A DNA stretch of 64,000 nt from positions 1,288,143 through 1,352,142 of the forward strand of contig OZ220749.1 of the NCBI GenBank assembly GCA_965117045.1, read 5' to 3'. The notes below the pieces were generated by a model that made no database searches, had not been told where the DNA came from, and saw only the letters and a program-made list of their open reading frames with translations. Below are positions 20,846 through 32,685 of the stretch, one piece after another (the stretch's first letter is position 1; each line of letters opens with the position of its first letter). The translations under genes were made by a program, and so were the position numbers. Source of the stretch: a bacterium. GTDB taxonomy: Bacteria > JAAXHH01.

Positions 20846-21144
20846 TACGCGTCGTACTGCCCTATCACTTGCGAAACCTGGCGGGTTGCCGGGACAAGGA
20901 AGTCTTCCTGCGGGTCGCCGACGGCGTCGTGACCCAGCGCAAGATCCTGGACGCGCTTGAAGCGCGCTTTCCGCAGCTCGGCGGAACGGTCCGGGACTAC
21001 GGGTCGGGCTGCCGCCGGCCCCTCGTACGGTTCTTTGGCTGCGGGCGGGATCTTTCCCTCGAATCGCCCGACGCGCCGGTTCCGGAAGCCATCGCCCAGG
21101 GCGAGGAACCCTACCGGATCGTCGGTTCGGTGGCCGGTGGGTAG
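20842..21144 (+). CDS. MoaD/ThiS-family ubiquitin-like protein
   Basis: [15 protein letters not shown]...RRPLVRFF...VAGG with C-terminal GG; ATGA overlap with the upstream gene. Confidence 0.88.
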   Translation: MIRVVLPYHLRNLAGCRDKEVFLRVADGVVTQRKILDALEARFPQLGGTVRDYGSGCRRPLVRFFGCGRDLSLESPDAPVPEAIAQGEEPYRIVGSVAGG

Positions 21145-21176
21145 CGCCTGCCGGTACCGCCTGCCGCCACCCCGTC

Positions 21177-23424
21177 CTACTTCAACATCTCGACGATATC
21201 CGCATGCCCGGCTTTCTCCGCCCGGGCTAGCGGGGTCGCCCATTCCGCGCCGCCGCCCCGGGGGTCCGCGCCACGCTCCAGCAGGAACGCCGCAAGGTCG
21301 CGGTGTCCCCACCGCGCGGCCCATCCCAGCGGGGTGGAACGCCACTCGTCATCCACGGCCTCGATGGAAGCGCCCCGGTCCAGCAGCAGGGCGGATTTCT
21401 CCACGTCGCCGATCGCTGCCAGTTTATGCAGGTAGGTGACGCCGTGCCAGTTCGCGTTGTTGGGATCGGCGCCATGGTCGAAAAACAGGTTCAGCATGTC
21501 GAGGATATCGTCGTTGGGGGTGAGGGCGCGCCCGTCCAGGTGCCAGCCCTTGCGCCGCCGGAACGCGTACCCCATGTAGTTGTTGGCGTACCAGGGCCGG
21601 TTCAGTTCCGCCCCCGCCCGGATCAACATTTCGATGATCTCCCTGCGCGCGAAGCCCGCCGCCATGCAAAGCACCCCGTAGTCGCCACCATAGTTGGCCA
21701 GGCCGGGGGTCCGCGCCGAGGAGTTCGCCGACCACGGGGATGTTGTCCAATAGCACGTACATGCTGATGTCGGCCGTCGCCCCGTGTTGGTACAGCAGGT
21801 TGATCATCTCCTCGTTCTTTCCCTTGCCGAGGGCCTGGGAGAGGGGTACGCCGCTGGATTCCACCGGGGCGTTGGGATCGGCGTCGTGATCGAGCAGCAG
21901 TTTAGCCGTTTCCAGGTGATTGCCGGCCACGGCTTCGTACAGCGCGTGTCCCCGGGGCGCGTTGTGCTCCGGGGCGTTGGGATCGGCGCCGTGGTCCAGC
22001 AGGAGTTGCACGATGTCGGTGTATCCCTGTGACGCCGCACTGAAGAGCGGAGAGTGTCCGCAGGTATCCTGGTCGTTGGCCAGGGCGCGGTTCCGCGACA
22101 GGAGACTCCTCACGCGCCGTTCGTCCCCCAGGGCGCACGCGACCGTCATGCTGTAATCCGCCCCTCTTGCGATCAGGTATCCGGTCAGCAGCGGATCAAG
22201 GCCTCCCCGTGACTTGCGCGCCCGAAAAACAGCCACGTGCAACGGTTTGCAACCGTCCCACCGGACCGGATCCGGATCGGCTCCCTTGTCCAGCAGCAGG
22301 GCCGTCATTTCCAGGTTGTGTGCTACCACGGCCTCGTGGAGGGGACGGTTGCCGCGTTCGTCCGAGGCGTTGATCAACTCGGGAGAAGCCTCGAACAACG
22401 CCCGGGCTTCCTCCAGGTCGCCCCGCCGGACCACTTCGCAGGCACGCTCGCCCACGGGCGGCGCACTGTACCTGGACGCGATGGCGTCCGTCAGGAGTCC
22501 GGCGATCTCGTCGCATCCGCGGTCCCTGGCCCGTTCGAGCGGGGGTACGTGATAGTCCAGTCCCGACGCCGACGAAGGATCCGCACCGTGGTCGAGCAAC
22601 ACGCGGACCGCCTCCGTATGCCCTTCCCGGACGGCGAAGTGCAGGGGCTGGTAATACGCCCAGTTGCAGTTGGCCAGGCCGGGGTCTTCCCGCAGCAGCG
22701 ACCTGATCCGGGCAAGATCTCCTTCCACCGCGGCCAGCAGCATATCCCAGACCTTGTTCGGCTCGCCATCCATGAAATGCCCTTGCTCGCTCTTGAAATC
22801 GGGTCGAATCCATTTCATCACTCGGTCTCCGAAAGTTTCATCTGCAGAAGGTGCGTAACCGTTAAGCTCGCTTGACAACGTGCGGAGCAGGCTCGGCTTC
22901 AACTTGCCCCTTGCTTCGAACAGCCTTTTGCGCACCGTTCCCGCATTCAGTCCCATGAAGTTTGCGATTTCGGACGCGGAATAGTCTCCAATATACCGCA
23001 GGACCGTCACTTCCCTTAACTTTTCCGGCAAAGCCTCCACCGCACTGCGGACTTTTTCGTCTATGTCCCTGCGCGCTACCTGGTCCAGGGGGCTTTCCAC
23101 CGGCGCCTCGATGTCATCCTCCATGGGAACGAAACGGCGGCTGTCGCCTCGCTTGAACCGGAAACACTGCCATTGAATGATCCGCCGCAGCCAGGCCGGG
23201 AACAGATCCGGCTGTCGCAGCGATTCGATGTTCTGCCAGGCGGCGATAAATCCTTCCTGCGCGGCATCTTCCGCCAGGTGACGTTCTCCCAGCAACCCCA
23301 GTGCGTAACCGAAGGCCATGTCCTGGAAGTCGGTCACCACCTTGCCGAAAGCTACGCTGCGATCCGTATGTGGTAAAGATTGATCGGCTGAAACCTGGAT
23401 GTTGTGTCTGAGGTCGTCTGTCAT
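21177..23424 (-). pseudogene. ECF sigma factor fused to ankyrin repeats (~748 aa), interrupted by one extra base in a C5 run (plus-strand G5, 21705-21709)
   Basis: Sigma2 AEDAAQEGFIAAW..FPAWL and sigma4 LPEKLREV..EIANFMG..TVRKRLFEAR, then ankyrin repeats; deleting one C joins ADP to GLANYGGDYGVLCMAAG of ORF 21177..21674. Confidence 0.82.
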
Positions 23425-23657
23425 CTTTCGGGATCGTGTCGATACAGTGTTGTTTAGCTGCAGCCCATTCGTATTACAATAGTGTCATTTTCCTGCCCAG
23501 GCGTTACAATTACATTGAAGTCTCCCGCGAATCGGAAACAGAGTTGGCCGGCCGACTGGGAGACCGGGAGTCCGGGCACGCGCAGGGTCGCGGCGAAACG
23601 CTGGCTTCGACTGGCGTGTCAACTGCTGTTCGGGCCAAGCGTTGGAGGGACCACACC

Positions 23658-24029
23658 ATGCATAACCTGAAAGTGGACGCGCTCCGGGTCTTCGTCCCGG
23701 CAAAGGACTACGACGATTCGACACGATTCTACGAGGATCTCGGATTCGAAGTGGCCTGGGCCGCGGACGAAGTGAAGGAGATGCGCATCGAAGGATTCAG
23801 CTTCCTGCTCCAGAACTACTATCAAAAGGACTGGGCGGACAATTTCATGATGCAGCTGAAAGTGGCGGACCTGGACGCATGGTGGGAACTCATCGTGGAA
23901 AAAGACCTCGTGGCACGGTACGAGGGGGTCCGCGCCGCGGCGCCGAGAGTCTACCCCTGGGGGCTTCGCGAGATCCATCTGATCGATCCCGCGGGGGTGC
24001 TGTGGCACATCGCCGAAGAGCAGGACTGA
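23658..24029 (+). CDS. VOC/glyoxalase-family protein
   Basis: FVPAKDY..FYEDLGF, PWGLREIHLIDPAGVLW; GGAGG SD before MHNLKV. Confidence 0.88.
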   Translation: MHNLKVDALRVFVPAKDYDDSTRFYEDLGFEVAWAADEVKEMRIEGFSFLLQNYYQKDWADNFMMQLKVADLDAWWELIVEKDLVARYEGVRAAAPRVYPWGLREIHLIDPAGVLWHIAEEQD

Positions 24030-24048
24030 CCCTTCGATCAATCCGCGA

Positions 24049-24978
24049 TCATGTCCCGCCGGAACCGTAGTCGGCCAGGAGGTACTGTACGGCCAGGTTC
24101 GTGAAGTCGCCCCACCGTTCCGCGAAATCCCGGATCTGCTCCTCGGAAACGCGTTCTCCGTCGAAGTAGTGCCGCTCGATGGACCGTTTGACCGCGAGAT
24201 CGCCGACGGCTATGACGCTGCCCCGGCCCAGGTAACGGGCGCGAAACCAGTCCGCCGTCCACCGCCCGATCCCCACCAGGGCGGTCAATTCCCGTTCAAC
24301 AGACGCGTCGTCCTTCTCCGCGAGCCCGGCCAGTTCGATTTCACCCTTCCGGATGGATCGCGCCAGGTTCAGGATGTACCGTTCCTTCTGCCTCGAGAAC
24401 TGCAACGGCAGCAGGTCGCCGGGCTCCGCTTCCGCCATCCTGTCGGGCGTAGGAAAGGCATAATGGGTTTTGCCGTCGAACACGTGAGGTTCGCCGTATT
24501 CACCTACGAGCCTGCTCCGCACGGTATAGGCGAATCCCAGGTTAATCTGCTGGGCCGTGATCGAGGACACGATCATCTCGAAGGGGTCGACCTGCAGATT
24601 GGGACGCAGGCCGTGGTGGTTTTCCACCGCGGCGGCAAGGACCGGGTCCCCGGCCGCGAACGCGTAGAAGTCCTGCAGCGGAAAGGGCAAACCCAGGATC
24701 TTCCCGGCTGCCGCGACCGCCTCGTCGAGCACCACGTCGGACGCCGGGGCATCCGTCCGGGCAGCCTTATCTCCAGTCGTCAGGCGCATTTCGATCCGGT
24801 CTTCGACGCGATACAGGGACAGAAGGCACGGTCCCCCGGCTGTACGGATCACCTTGCTGAAGACGCCCGCTTCGAACCGGTTGGCAAGGTCGGTGCCATA
24901 CCGCCGGTACCGGTCGAGCGTGGCTTCGAAATCGATGATCGTACCGCGGTCCGCTACGGTGCAGGATATGTTACCTAT
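24049..24978 (-). CDS. alkA: DNA-3-methyladenine glycosylase, AlkA family; start uncertain
   Basis: DPFEMIVSSITAQQI, FPTP, HhH GIGRWTA, catalytic GDL; the frame stays open ~42 codons upstream of the track start (24852) to an ATA behind AAGGAG. Confidence 0.88.
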   Translation of the reverse strand: MGNISCTVADRGTIIDFEATLDRYRRYGTDLANRFEAGVFSKVIRTAGGPCLLSLYRVEDRIEMRLTTGDKAARTDAPASDVVLDEAVAAAGKILGLPFPLQDFYAFAAGDPVLAAAVENHHGLRPNLQVDPFEMIVSSITAQQINLGFAYTVRSRLVGEYGEPHVFDGKTHYAFPTPDRMAEAEPGDLLPLQFSRQKERYILNLARSIRKGEIELAGLAEKDDASVERELTALVGIGRWTADWFRARYLGRGSVIAVGDLAVKRSIERHYFDGERVSEEQIRDFAERWGDFTNLAVQYLLADYGSGGT

Positions 24979-25058
24979 GGTCTGGTTAACTCCTTGCAGA
25001 CGTTGGCGTTACGGTCATACTGATCGACGCGTTTCCGCCAAAAATCCGTCGACGCGAA

Positions 25059-25412
25059 TCACGATTCCAGAGGCTTCCACAATCCGACGAACGTACCCTC
25101 GTTGTCCGCGATCCACGCGAAGTGGCCCATGCCCGGGACTTCGGTCGGGGGTACGATGGACGCTCCGCCCAGTTCCTCGGCCTTGGCGACGTACGCATCC
25201 AGATCGTCAACCTGCACATAGACCAGCGTGTAGTTGTGCGGCTCGTGACCGAGGGCGGAAATGTGCCCATTGATCCCTTCATCGCCTTCGGTATCGATCA
25301 TGGAGGCATGTTCATGGGACTCCATCTTCCACCCGAACAGGCCGGCGTAGAAGGCCTGGGTTTCTTCTCTATTCTTGCATCCGATCTCGAAATGCATGAC
25401 GGGGTTCGCCAT
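25059..25412 (-). CDS. VOC/glyoxalase-family protein
   Basis: MANPVMHFEI..FYAGLFGW..YVQVDD..DNEG..GLW. Confidence 0.9.
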   Translation of the reverse strand: MANPVMHFEIGCKNREETQAFYAGLFGWKMESHEHASMIDTEGDEGINGHISALGHEPHNYTLVYVQVDDLDAYVAKAEELGGASIVPPTEVPGMGHFAWIADNEGTFVGLWKPLES

Positions 25413-25456
25413 GGCGCGCTCCTCTCTGGTTGTGGTGTTTGCTGCTGCGGTTCATG

Positions 25457-26050
25457 CTACTTCTTGTACTTGTCATTAAGCCCGTGGCCGGCCCGGATCA
25501 TGGGCAGGATCTTCTCCAGGCGCCTGGTCCTGGTTTCCGCCCGTTTAGCCTGGGCGATGTATTCGGTGTACTCGCGCTGCTTCCCCGGGGTAAGCGCGTC
25601 GAACCGCTCCCCGGCGTCGCGGTCTTCCGCCAGTGCGCCGGCCAGTTCATCCGGAACTTCCACCGGCTTTTGCCTTTCCGCCTTGATCGCTTTTCCCTGC
25701 CGCTGGTTCTCGATGGATTCGTCCACGTAGGCGCGCAACAGGGTTTCGTTGATCTCTTCGACCGCCTGGAACCGCCACTGCCGCATGGCCCGGGTCTTGC
25801 CTTCCTGCGCATTGACGAGGAAGCCCTGTTCGTCGCGCAGCAGCGCGCCCTGGAAGAACCAGACGCTCACGAACTCCTTGAACGCCCCGATCCCCGCCAC
25901 GTTCTTGCCTTTATGAGTATAGCAGGGCTGACCCCACTTGACGGTCTCATCGACCTCGCATTCGTTCATGATGTCGCGCAGTCTTTCCAACAGGGCGCGC
26001 CATTCCGTGTGGCCATCCAGGTAATCTTCCACCGACTCATACCGTTGCAC
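25457..26050 (-). CDS. YdeI/OmpD-associated family protein
   Basis: ETVKWGQPCY, WFFQGALL, LTPGKQREY..AKRAETRTRR. Confidence 0.9.
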   Translation of the reverse strand: MQRYESVEDYLDGHTEWRALLERLRDIMNECEVDETVKWGQPCYTHKGKNVAGIGAFKEFVSVWFFQGALLRDEQGFLVNAQEGKTRAMRQWRFQAVEEINETLLRAYVDESIENQRQGKAIKAERQKPVEVPDELAGALAEDRDAGERFDALTPGKQREYTEYIAQAKRAETRTRRLEKILPMIRAGHGLNDKYKK

Positions 26051-26087
26051 GATCCATCCTTTCCATGAATTCGGCCCAGGGCGAAAC

Positions 26088-28706
26088 CTAAGACGGTCCC
26101 GATTCGTACTGCGGGGCGTTCAGGGTGTTTCCGAAGAGACTGAGCCGGCCGGACAGGGCGGCCTCCACGTCCAGTTTGTACGCGTGGGCGACGGTCGTGA
26201 CGATGGGCCGGATCTGTTTCTCGACGTAGTGCCCGTAGTCTATGGGGGCCGTGATCCGGCCCTCCGGCTGCGGTCCGTCAAGGGTTATCACGTACCGGAT
26301 GACACCCGTCGGATTGTCCATGAGCCGGGCCGCCTTGACGTGGGGAGGCACCGAACGGGTGTAGGATTCGACGGGCTTGCGCAGGTTCTTGCGGTAGACG
26401 AGCAATTCGTCCCTGCGGCCCGTGCGGACCTCCTGGACCCAGTGGTAGATCTCCTCTTCGATCTCGGAGCCGGGCACGTCGTGAAAGACCCGGTCGAGCA
26501 GCACGCCCTGCAGCCGGTGAGCCAGGTCGGTCCAGTCCCGGCGCACGGCTTCCATGCCCACGATTTCCACGCGGTCGCCATCGGTCTCGCGCCGAAGCCC
26601 CGCGTAACCCTTGGCCCTGCCGCGCTCGACGTCACCCCGCATGGAAGGCAGCAGGAACCGGTGGTAGCGTTTTTCGAGTTCCAGTTCGAGGAATGACGCC
26701 ACGCCGTATCGTTCCCTCACGTGCGCGGCCAGCCGGGCATTGATCCGGTCGCATACCTCCCGTCCCCTGTCCATGGACGGGTCCGATCCCGGCCTGTCCG
26801 CCGGTTCGAGATCAACGAACACCGAGTCCGTGTCCCCGTAAAGCACTGTGTACCCGTCTTTCTCCAACTCATCCCGGCACCATTTCAGGATGTAGTGTCC
26901 GAATTCCGTGATCGCACCGGCCAGTTGCGGCGCGGCGAAGCGGCAGGAAGCGGATGCCAGCACGCCGTAGAAGGAATTCATGACGATCTTGTAGGTAAAG
27001 GAAGCGAGTTCGTCCCCGGTGGTTCTGGCCTCCTCCCGGCGCTTGAAAAATTGTTCCAGCATGGAAGGCAGAATGCCCGGAGTACGGGAAAACCGCGCGC
27101 CATTGGGGGCTTCGAGGAATCCCGCGATTGGGTCGCCGTCGGACACGCGGCCGGGTGCCGCTTCGGTCACGCGGCCGGGAAGCTTACTCGTCTCGCGGCC
27201 GGGTACCGCGCCGTTCTCGTCCGATCCCGCTTCCTGGCCCTCGATATGCGCCAGGGGATCGATGTTGAAGGTGCGGATGATGGACGGGTAGAGGCTCTTG
27301 AAGTCGAAGACGAAGACGTTTCGGTATAGCCCTGCTTTCGCGGGTATGATCAATCCGCCCGGCGCGCCGGCGCCCGGGGTGCGGTCCACACCCGTCGTCG
27401 GGGCCACCATGCCGCGTTGGTGAAGGGCGTTGATGTAGATGTTGTCGAAGGCGGCCACGCTGACCCACGCCCGTTCCAGCGGCAGGCCCGTCAGCAAGCC
27501 TCTGCGCAGGGTCAGGTTGATCAGTCCTTCCGCCTCCAGGATGTCGAGTACCAGCCGCGCGTCCTCGAGACAATAGGCGCAGAAAGTCGCCCGGTCCTCG
27601 CGGTAGACCTCCGTGATTTTGTCCGCCCGGGAACGCTCCTCATCGCCTTCCAGCAGCTTGCCCCTGCCCAGGATGGCGTTGGCCACGGTGTCCAGCCGGT
27701 AGTCCTCGAAACGCTGAAGCGTGCCGCGCAGCAGGTGAAGGGCGTCCAGGATCTGACGGCCGTGGATCACCATGGTGCTTCCGCCCCAGACCTCCCCGGA
27801 CCGGTACCAGGACTGGTCATCGGTCCGCCCGAGTTGAAACGGCACGTTCAGGTCCCTGAAGCGTCTCTGCAGGACCTGCAGGTCGAAGTCGACCAGGTTC
27901 CATCCCGTGATCAGGTCCGGGTCCATATCGAGTACGCGGGACGACAGGCCGCGCAGCATCGACGCCTCATCGGGCCAGCAGACCAGATGCGGCGGATCCC
28001 CCGCGGCAGGCTCGCCGACCATGTGTATTTCTTCCGAGTCGATGCCGCCGCCCGGCCCCGACAGGACCAGGCCCACGGCGTAGATGGTGGTCGCTGCGGG
28101 ATCCGTTTCGATATCCAGGGCCAGCACGCTGAAGGCGGGCTCCCAGTACTCCGGTTGGAGTTCGGGGTTGGCATAGACCCGGTCGACCCGGCCGCCGGAT
28201 GTCCACGCGCCGCTGATCTTCACGCCGCCCCGAAGGCCCCGTCCGATCAGGTATTGCCTGCCGAAGGGGATGTCGCCTTCATAAGTCCGCGTCTGCCGGG
28301 CTTCCAGGCGCTTGACCAGGCTGCGCTGATCGCGCACGCGCTCGAACTGGATGGCGGCCACGGGTTCGCCGTCCATCGTGGTGAATTCCGACGGCACCAC
28401 CCGGGCGGAAACCTCTTCCGAATGGATCAGGGAGACGGCCTCCGGTTTTTCCGAGACCCGGACATAAAGCGTGGGCGAGACCCGGTCGTCCATGAACTGG
28501 AAAGTCTGGCCGTCCTGGAGTTTCCCTACCCCGCAGATCACGTCCCGGCCGTGCTCCGCCCGATGGAACACGTGGAGCAGGTATCCCACGTCTTCCGCCG
28601 CGGCCTCCCTGCCGGGTGCGGATGCTTCACCGCCGGGTGCGGATGCTTCACCGCCGGGTGCGGATGCTTCACCGCCGGCGTGGCTATGCGGTAGCGCGTT
28701 GGACAT
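26088..28706 (-). CDS. polB: DNA polymerase II (family B)
   Basis: Exonuclease LDIET and GWN..FD; polymerase [23 protein letters not shown]. Confidence 0.93.
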   Translation of the reverse strand: MSNALPHSHAGGEASAPGGEASAPGGEASAPGREAAAEDVGYLLHVFHRAEHGRDVICGVGKLQDGQTFQFMDDRVSPTLYVRVSEKPEAVSLIHSEEVSARVVPSEFTTMDGEPVAAIQFERVRDQRSLVKRLEARQTRTYEGDIPFGRQYLIGRGLRGGVKISGAWTSGGRVDRVYANPELQPEYWEPAFSVLALDIETDPAATTIYAVGLVLSGPGGGIDSEEIHMVGEPAAGDPPHLVCWPDEASMLRGLSSRVLDMDPDLITGWNLVDFDLQVLQRRFRDLNVPFQLGRTDDQSWYRSGEVWGGSTMVIHGRQILDALHLLRGTLQRFEDYRLDTVANAILGRGKLLEGDEERSRADKITEVYREDRATFCAYCLEDARLVLDILEAEGLINLTLRRGLLTGLPLERAWVSVAAFDNIYINALHQRGMVAPTTGVDRTPGAGAPGGLIIPAKAGLYRNVFVFDFKSLYPSIIRTFNIDPLAHIEGQEAGSDENGAVPGRETSKLPGRVTEAAPGRVSDGDPIAGFLEAPNGARFSRTPGILPSMLEQFFKRREEARTTGDELASFTYKIVMNSFYGVLASASCRFAAPQLAGAITEFGHYILKWCRDELEKDGYTVLYGDTDSVFVDLEPADRPGSDPSMDRGREVCDRINARLAAHVRERYGVASFLELELEKRYHRFLLPSMRGDVERGRAKGYAGLRRETDGDRVEIVGMEAVRRDWTDLAHRLQGVLLDRVFHDVPGSEIEEEIYHWVQEVRTGRRDELLVYRKNLRKPVESYTRSVPPHVKAARLMDNPTGVIRYVITLDGPQPEGRITAPIDYGHYVEKQIRPIVTTVAHAYKLDVEAALSGRLSLFGNTLNAPQYESGPS
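28610..28678. repeat. 21-nt coding tandem repeat (GGEASAP x3) in the PolB N-terminus
   Basis: gccgggtgcggatgcttcacc repeated. Confidence 0.85.
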
Positions 28707-31698
28707 GGCTCAAATGGTCTCGGAGAAACCGGCCGGTGTAGGACGCGTCGATACCGGCCACTTCTTCGGGTGTGCCGGTGGCGATGACTTCACCGCCGCT
28801 GTGGCCGCCTTCCGGCCCCAGGTCGATGATGTGGTCGGCCGTTTTGATCACGTCGAGATGGTGCTCGATCACCACGACGCTGTGACCGGCTTCGATTAGC
28901 CGGTTCAAACTGGAAAGCAGGTGGACGATGTCGGCCAGGTGCAGCCCGGTGGTGGGTTCGTCCAGGATGTACAGGATATGGCTGCCCCGCCGGAGCTTCC
29001 CGAGTTCGCTTGCCAGCTTGATGCGCTGGGCTTCCCCACCGGAGAGGGTGGTGGCGGACTGGCCCAGCGTGAGGTAACCCAGCCCCAGTTGGTCCAGCGT
29101 CCCGATCTTCTTCGCGATGGAAGGTCGTTCTTCGAAGAAGCCGACTCCCTCCTCGACGGACATGTTCAGCACGTCGGCGATGGTCTTGCCCCGGTAGGTC
29201 ACTTCCAGCGTTTCCGGGTTGTACCTGGCCCCCTTGCAGGCCTCGCAGGGCACCTCTACGTCCGGCATGAAGTAGAGCTGGGTCGTGATCGTGCCCTCTC
29301 CGTTGCATTCGACGCAGCGTCCCTCGGCCACGTTGAAGCTGAACCGGCCGGGCCGGTATCCGCGCGATACCGCCTCGTCCGTCTTCGAAAAGAGCGTCCT
29401 GATCTGGTCGTAGAACCCGATGTAGGTGGCCGGGTTCGAACGGGCGTTCCGGCCGATGGGCGACTGGTCGATATTGATGACATGCTTGATGTGCTCGACG
29501 CCCTCCAGCCGGTCGTGGTCCCCCGCAAGCACCCGGCTGTCGTACAGCTGGTTGTACAGCTTTTTGAACAGCACTTCGTTGATCAGCGTACTTTTCCCGG
29601 AACCGGATGCACCGGTGACGCAGACGAACTGTCCCAGGGGAATCTCGACGTCGATATCGTCGAGGTTGTTCTCCCGCGCACCCAGGATGCGCAGCGACTT
29701 TCCGGTGGACCCGCGCCGCGTCTGCGGGGTCTCGATGGTCCGCGCGCCCGAGAGATACTGGCCGGTGGGTGACGCGGCACAGTGCAGGATATCGTCGAGA
29801 TCGCCCCGCACCACCACCTCTCCGCCGTGCACGCCCGGACCCGGGCCCATTTCCACGATGTGGTCGGCCGCCCGGATGGTCTCCTCGTCGTGCTCCACCA
29901 CGATGACCGTATTGCCGAGATCGCGCAGTTGCCTGAGCGTGCGGATCATCTTCACGTTGTCGCGGGGATGCAGCCCGATGCTCGGTTCGTCCAGCACGTA
30001 GAGCATGCCCATCAGCCCCGATCCGATCTGCGTGGAGAGCCGGATGCGCTGCGCTTCGCCGCCCGAGAGGGTACCGGCGCGGCGGTTGAAGTTGAGGTAG
30101 TCCAGGCCGATGCCCAGCAGCAGGTCGAGCCGGCCGATAACCTCCCGGATCACCTGCCGGCCGGCCAGTTCCTGGCGCCCCGAGGGTTCGATGGCATCCA
30201 GTTCCGCGCGCAGCTCGTCGAAATTGATCTCCCCGAAATCGTGGACCGTGCGGCCGTTGATCCGGAACAGGTGCCGGGTCTCCTTGAGCCGGGAACCCTT
30301 GCAGTCGGGACACACCCGCTCCACCATGACCTTCTCGAGCCAGGCCTCCATGCCCGAGCTGGCCACCTGCTTCTGCCGGTACCGCTTGTAGTTCCGTTCG
30401 ATCCCCTTGCCGATCCCGCCGAAACCCCATGGCTTCCCGAGCAGCTTGTGATCGGGTTCCTTCGCGTCGGGCGGCGCCAGCAGGGGGAATTTGTCCGGCG
30501 TGCCGTCGAATAGCGTATCCTGGACAGTCGGAGGCAACGCGTCGAAGGGCGTATCGAGGCTGAATCCCATGTGCACCGAAAGGCTGTACATGACCCGTCC
30601 GGACCAGGTATCCGGCTTGTAGTTGAAGGCGTCCTTGACGAAACAGCCGTCCCGGATGCTCAGCGACTTGTCCGGCACCAGCAGGTCCCGGTGCACGACC
30701 ATGTACGTGCCGAGTCCGAGACAGGTCCGGCAGGCGCTGGACGGATTGTTGAACTGGAAATAGTCCGGTACCAGATCGCCCACCGCAAGATGGTGTTCCG
30801 GGCAGCCGAAGGACGCGTAGAACCGTTGGGCGGCGCGCTTCCTGCTGCAGGCCGCCACGTGGACCCTGAGGAACTGATCCCCGGCGATCAGGGCGTTCTG
30901 TATCCCCTTGACCAGTTGTTTCTCCACACCGGGCTTCAGGACGAACCGGTCTACGACCACCTCCATGCGCAGGTCACCGGATTCGTCGACATCGACCTCG
31001 CCGCTGATGTCCACGGGCTTCTCGTTGATCACCATGCGGCGGTACCCCTTCTTCCGGATTTCCGCGAAGAGAAAATCGAGGTCCTCGCCATAGATCCGGG
31101 AAACCGGCGCGCGCAGTTCCACTTCGGTGCCATCGGGCAGCGACAGCAGTTCATCGAGTATCTGCACGCCGGTCTTGATCGGCAGGTCGTGGCCGCAATA
31201 GGGACAGCCGGCGCTGCTGATCGTGGCGAACAGCAGGTTCAGATAGCTGCTGACATCGGTCATGGTGCCCACGGTGGAGCGTGGGTTGCGCGCGACGGTC
31301 TTCTGCTCGATGGAGATGACGGGCGAAAGTCCGAAGAGATAGTCCACGTCCGGCTTGCCCACCTGCTGGATGAACCGGCGGGCATAGGAGGAAAGTGACT
31401 CCATGTAGCGCCGCTGGCCTTCAGCGTAGATGGTATCGAAGGCCAGGGACGATTTCCCCGAACCGGAAAGCCCCGTTACCACGATCAACCGGTTGCGCGG
31501 CAGTTCTACCGTGATGTCCCTTAAGTTATGCTCCCGGGCGCCCTGTACCAGGATCGACGTGCGGGGTCCGGTCCCGTTGCCACATTCGACGCCGTGCGGA
31601 CCGGCCGATGCGGGATCGGCGGAAGCGGGATCTACCGATGCGGGATCGGCCGATGCGGGATCGGTCGATGTATGCGATCGGACCGGGATTTCGGACAT
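28684..31698 (-). CDS. uvrA: Excinuclease ABC subunit A
   Basis: [30 protein letters not shown], two LSGGEAQRI signatures, zinc-finger CxxC pairs. Confidence 0.96.
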   Translation of the reverse strand: MSEIPVRSHTSTDPASADPASVDPASADPASAGPHGVECGNGTGPRTSILVQGAREHNLRDITVELPRNRLIVVTGLSGSGKSSLAFDTIYAEGQRRYMESLSSYARRFIQQVGKPDVDYLFGLSPVISIEQKTVARNPRSTVGTMTDVSSYLNLLFATISSAGCPYCGHDLPIKTGVQILDELLSLPDGTEVELRAPVSRIYGEDLDFLFAEIRKKGYRRMVINEKPVDISGEVDVDESGDLRMEVVVDRFVLKPGVEKQLVKGIQNALIAGDQFLRVHVAACSRKRAAQRFYASFGCPEHHLAVGDLVPDYFQFNNPSSACRTCLGLGTYMVVHRDLLVPDKSLSIRDGCFVKDAFNYKPDTWSGRVMYSLSVHMGFSLDTPFDALPPTVQDTLFDGTPDKFPLLAPPDAKEPDHKLLGKPWGFGGIGKGIERNYKRYRQKQVASSGMEAWLEKVMVERVCPDCKGSRLKETRHLFRINGRTVHDFGEINFDELRAELDAIEPSGRQELAGRQVIREVIGRLDLLLGIGLDYLNFNRRAGTLSGGEAQRIRLSTQIGSGLMGMLYVLDEPSIGLHPRDNVKMIRTLRQLRDLGNTVIVVEHDEETIRAADHIVEMGPGPGVHGGEVVVRGDLDDILHCAASPTGQYLSGARTIETPQTRRGSTGKSLRILGARENNLDDIDVEIPLGQFVCVTGASGSGKSTLINEVLFKKLYNQLYDSRVLAGDHDRLEGVEHIKHVINIDQSPIGRNARSNPATYIGFYDQIRTLFSKTDEAVSRGYRPGRFSFNVAEGRCVECNGEGTITTQLYFMPDVEVPCEACKGARYNPETLEVTYRGKTIADVLNMSVEEGVGFFEERPSIAKKIGTLDQLGLGYLTLGQSATTLSGGEAQRIKLASELGKLRRGSHILYILDEPTTGLHLADIVHLLSSLNRLIEAGHSVVVIEHHLDVIKTADHIIDLGPEGGHSGGEVIATGTPEEVAGIDASYTGRFLRDHLSHVQRATA

Positions 31699-31728
31699 GC
31701 CTGTGCTCCAGTATCAACGTGCGACTAT

Positions 31729-32685
31729 TCACCCACGGTAGTAGTAGAACCCGAGTTCCTCGTACTCCACGTTGCTCTTCAACGTGAGCCGCAGCGGGCT
31801 GGATACCCGCGATATGACGTCCTTGTCCGCGAGCCATTCGCACACGGTGGTGACGCCCTTGAGATTCATCTGGTTATCGAAATAGGTCTCGATTTCCGTG
31901 ACCGACCGGGCCGATCCTTCTTCCTCGAGGTAATCGAGAATGGGCTGGAACAAGTCCGGCAGGCGTTCCCCGAGATAGGTATCGATCAGCCCGAGCGCTT
32001 CACCCACCAGCGCCTCGGTCTTCGGTTGGTCGATCAGGTCCGTATACACCTTATTGAAAAACGCAGGATTGAGTTCCAGCGCCTGCTGGATGACTTCGCG
32101 GCCGGCGAGCTGACCGTGCATGAACACCTCGATCTTCGCGAGACTGCTCACGCATAACATGATATAGAGAAACGCGTAGTGCAGATCGTGCCGGACGTGA
32201 AACCATTTCTCCGCCTTGTACAGGGTGGGTATCACATGCGATGCCGCGTGCATGAGCTGGACCTGGCGGTCTTTCGAATGCAGCGCCTGCAGGCCGTCGT
32301 AGAGTTCCCGGATCGTCTCGTCGTGGGTGAAGAGCAGGCGGCTGCGGGCCAGGGCCGAGTGCATGAACGAGCTTTGCAGTCCGCCTTCGATCATCTTCCT
32401 GAACGCGGAGCGCGGCTGCATGAAGACGTGGATATACACGTCGTTCTCCAGGAGCGCCGCACCTTCGGACACCTCGTCATCATCCTTGCCTTCCCGTCGA
32501 AACAGGTCCTTGTCGTCCCGGGTGACGACGATCAGGTCGATATCGGATTTCTCCCATACCCGGTCGGCGGAGAGGCTGCCGAAGAGAATCGCCGCCAGTA
32601 CGTGCCGGTCTTCCCGCGCCTTGCTTACGAAGGACGCGAGGGCCGACTCGAATTTCCGTTCAATCGTCGAGGGCGTGGTTTCCAT
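31729..32685 (-). CDS. Nucleotidyltransferase-domain protein (Pol beta superfamily)
   Basis: [14 protein letters not shown] (GS..DxD motif); start placed at METTPS. Confidence 0.8.
   Translation of the reverse strand: METTPSTIERKFESALASFVSKAREDRHVLAAILFGSLSADRVWEKSDIDLIVVTRDDKDLFRREGKDDDEVSEGAALLENDVYIHVFMQPRSAFRKMIEGGLQSSFMHSALARSRLLFTHDETIRELYDGLQALHSKDRQVQLMHAASHVIPTLYKAEKWFHVRHDLHYAFLYIMLCVSSLAKIEVFMHGQLAGREVIQQALELNPAFFNKVYTDLIDQPKTEALVGEALGLIDTYLGERLPDLFQPILDYLEEEGSARSVTEIETYFDNQMNLKGVTTVCEWLADKDVISRVSSPLRLTLKSNVEYEELGFYYYRG

Noticed and set aside
26088-28706. Family B polymerase as a sign of a prophage, casposon or pipolin
   Set aside because: Motifs match cellular Pol II, and no integrase, cas1, terminal repeats or phage genes are present.
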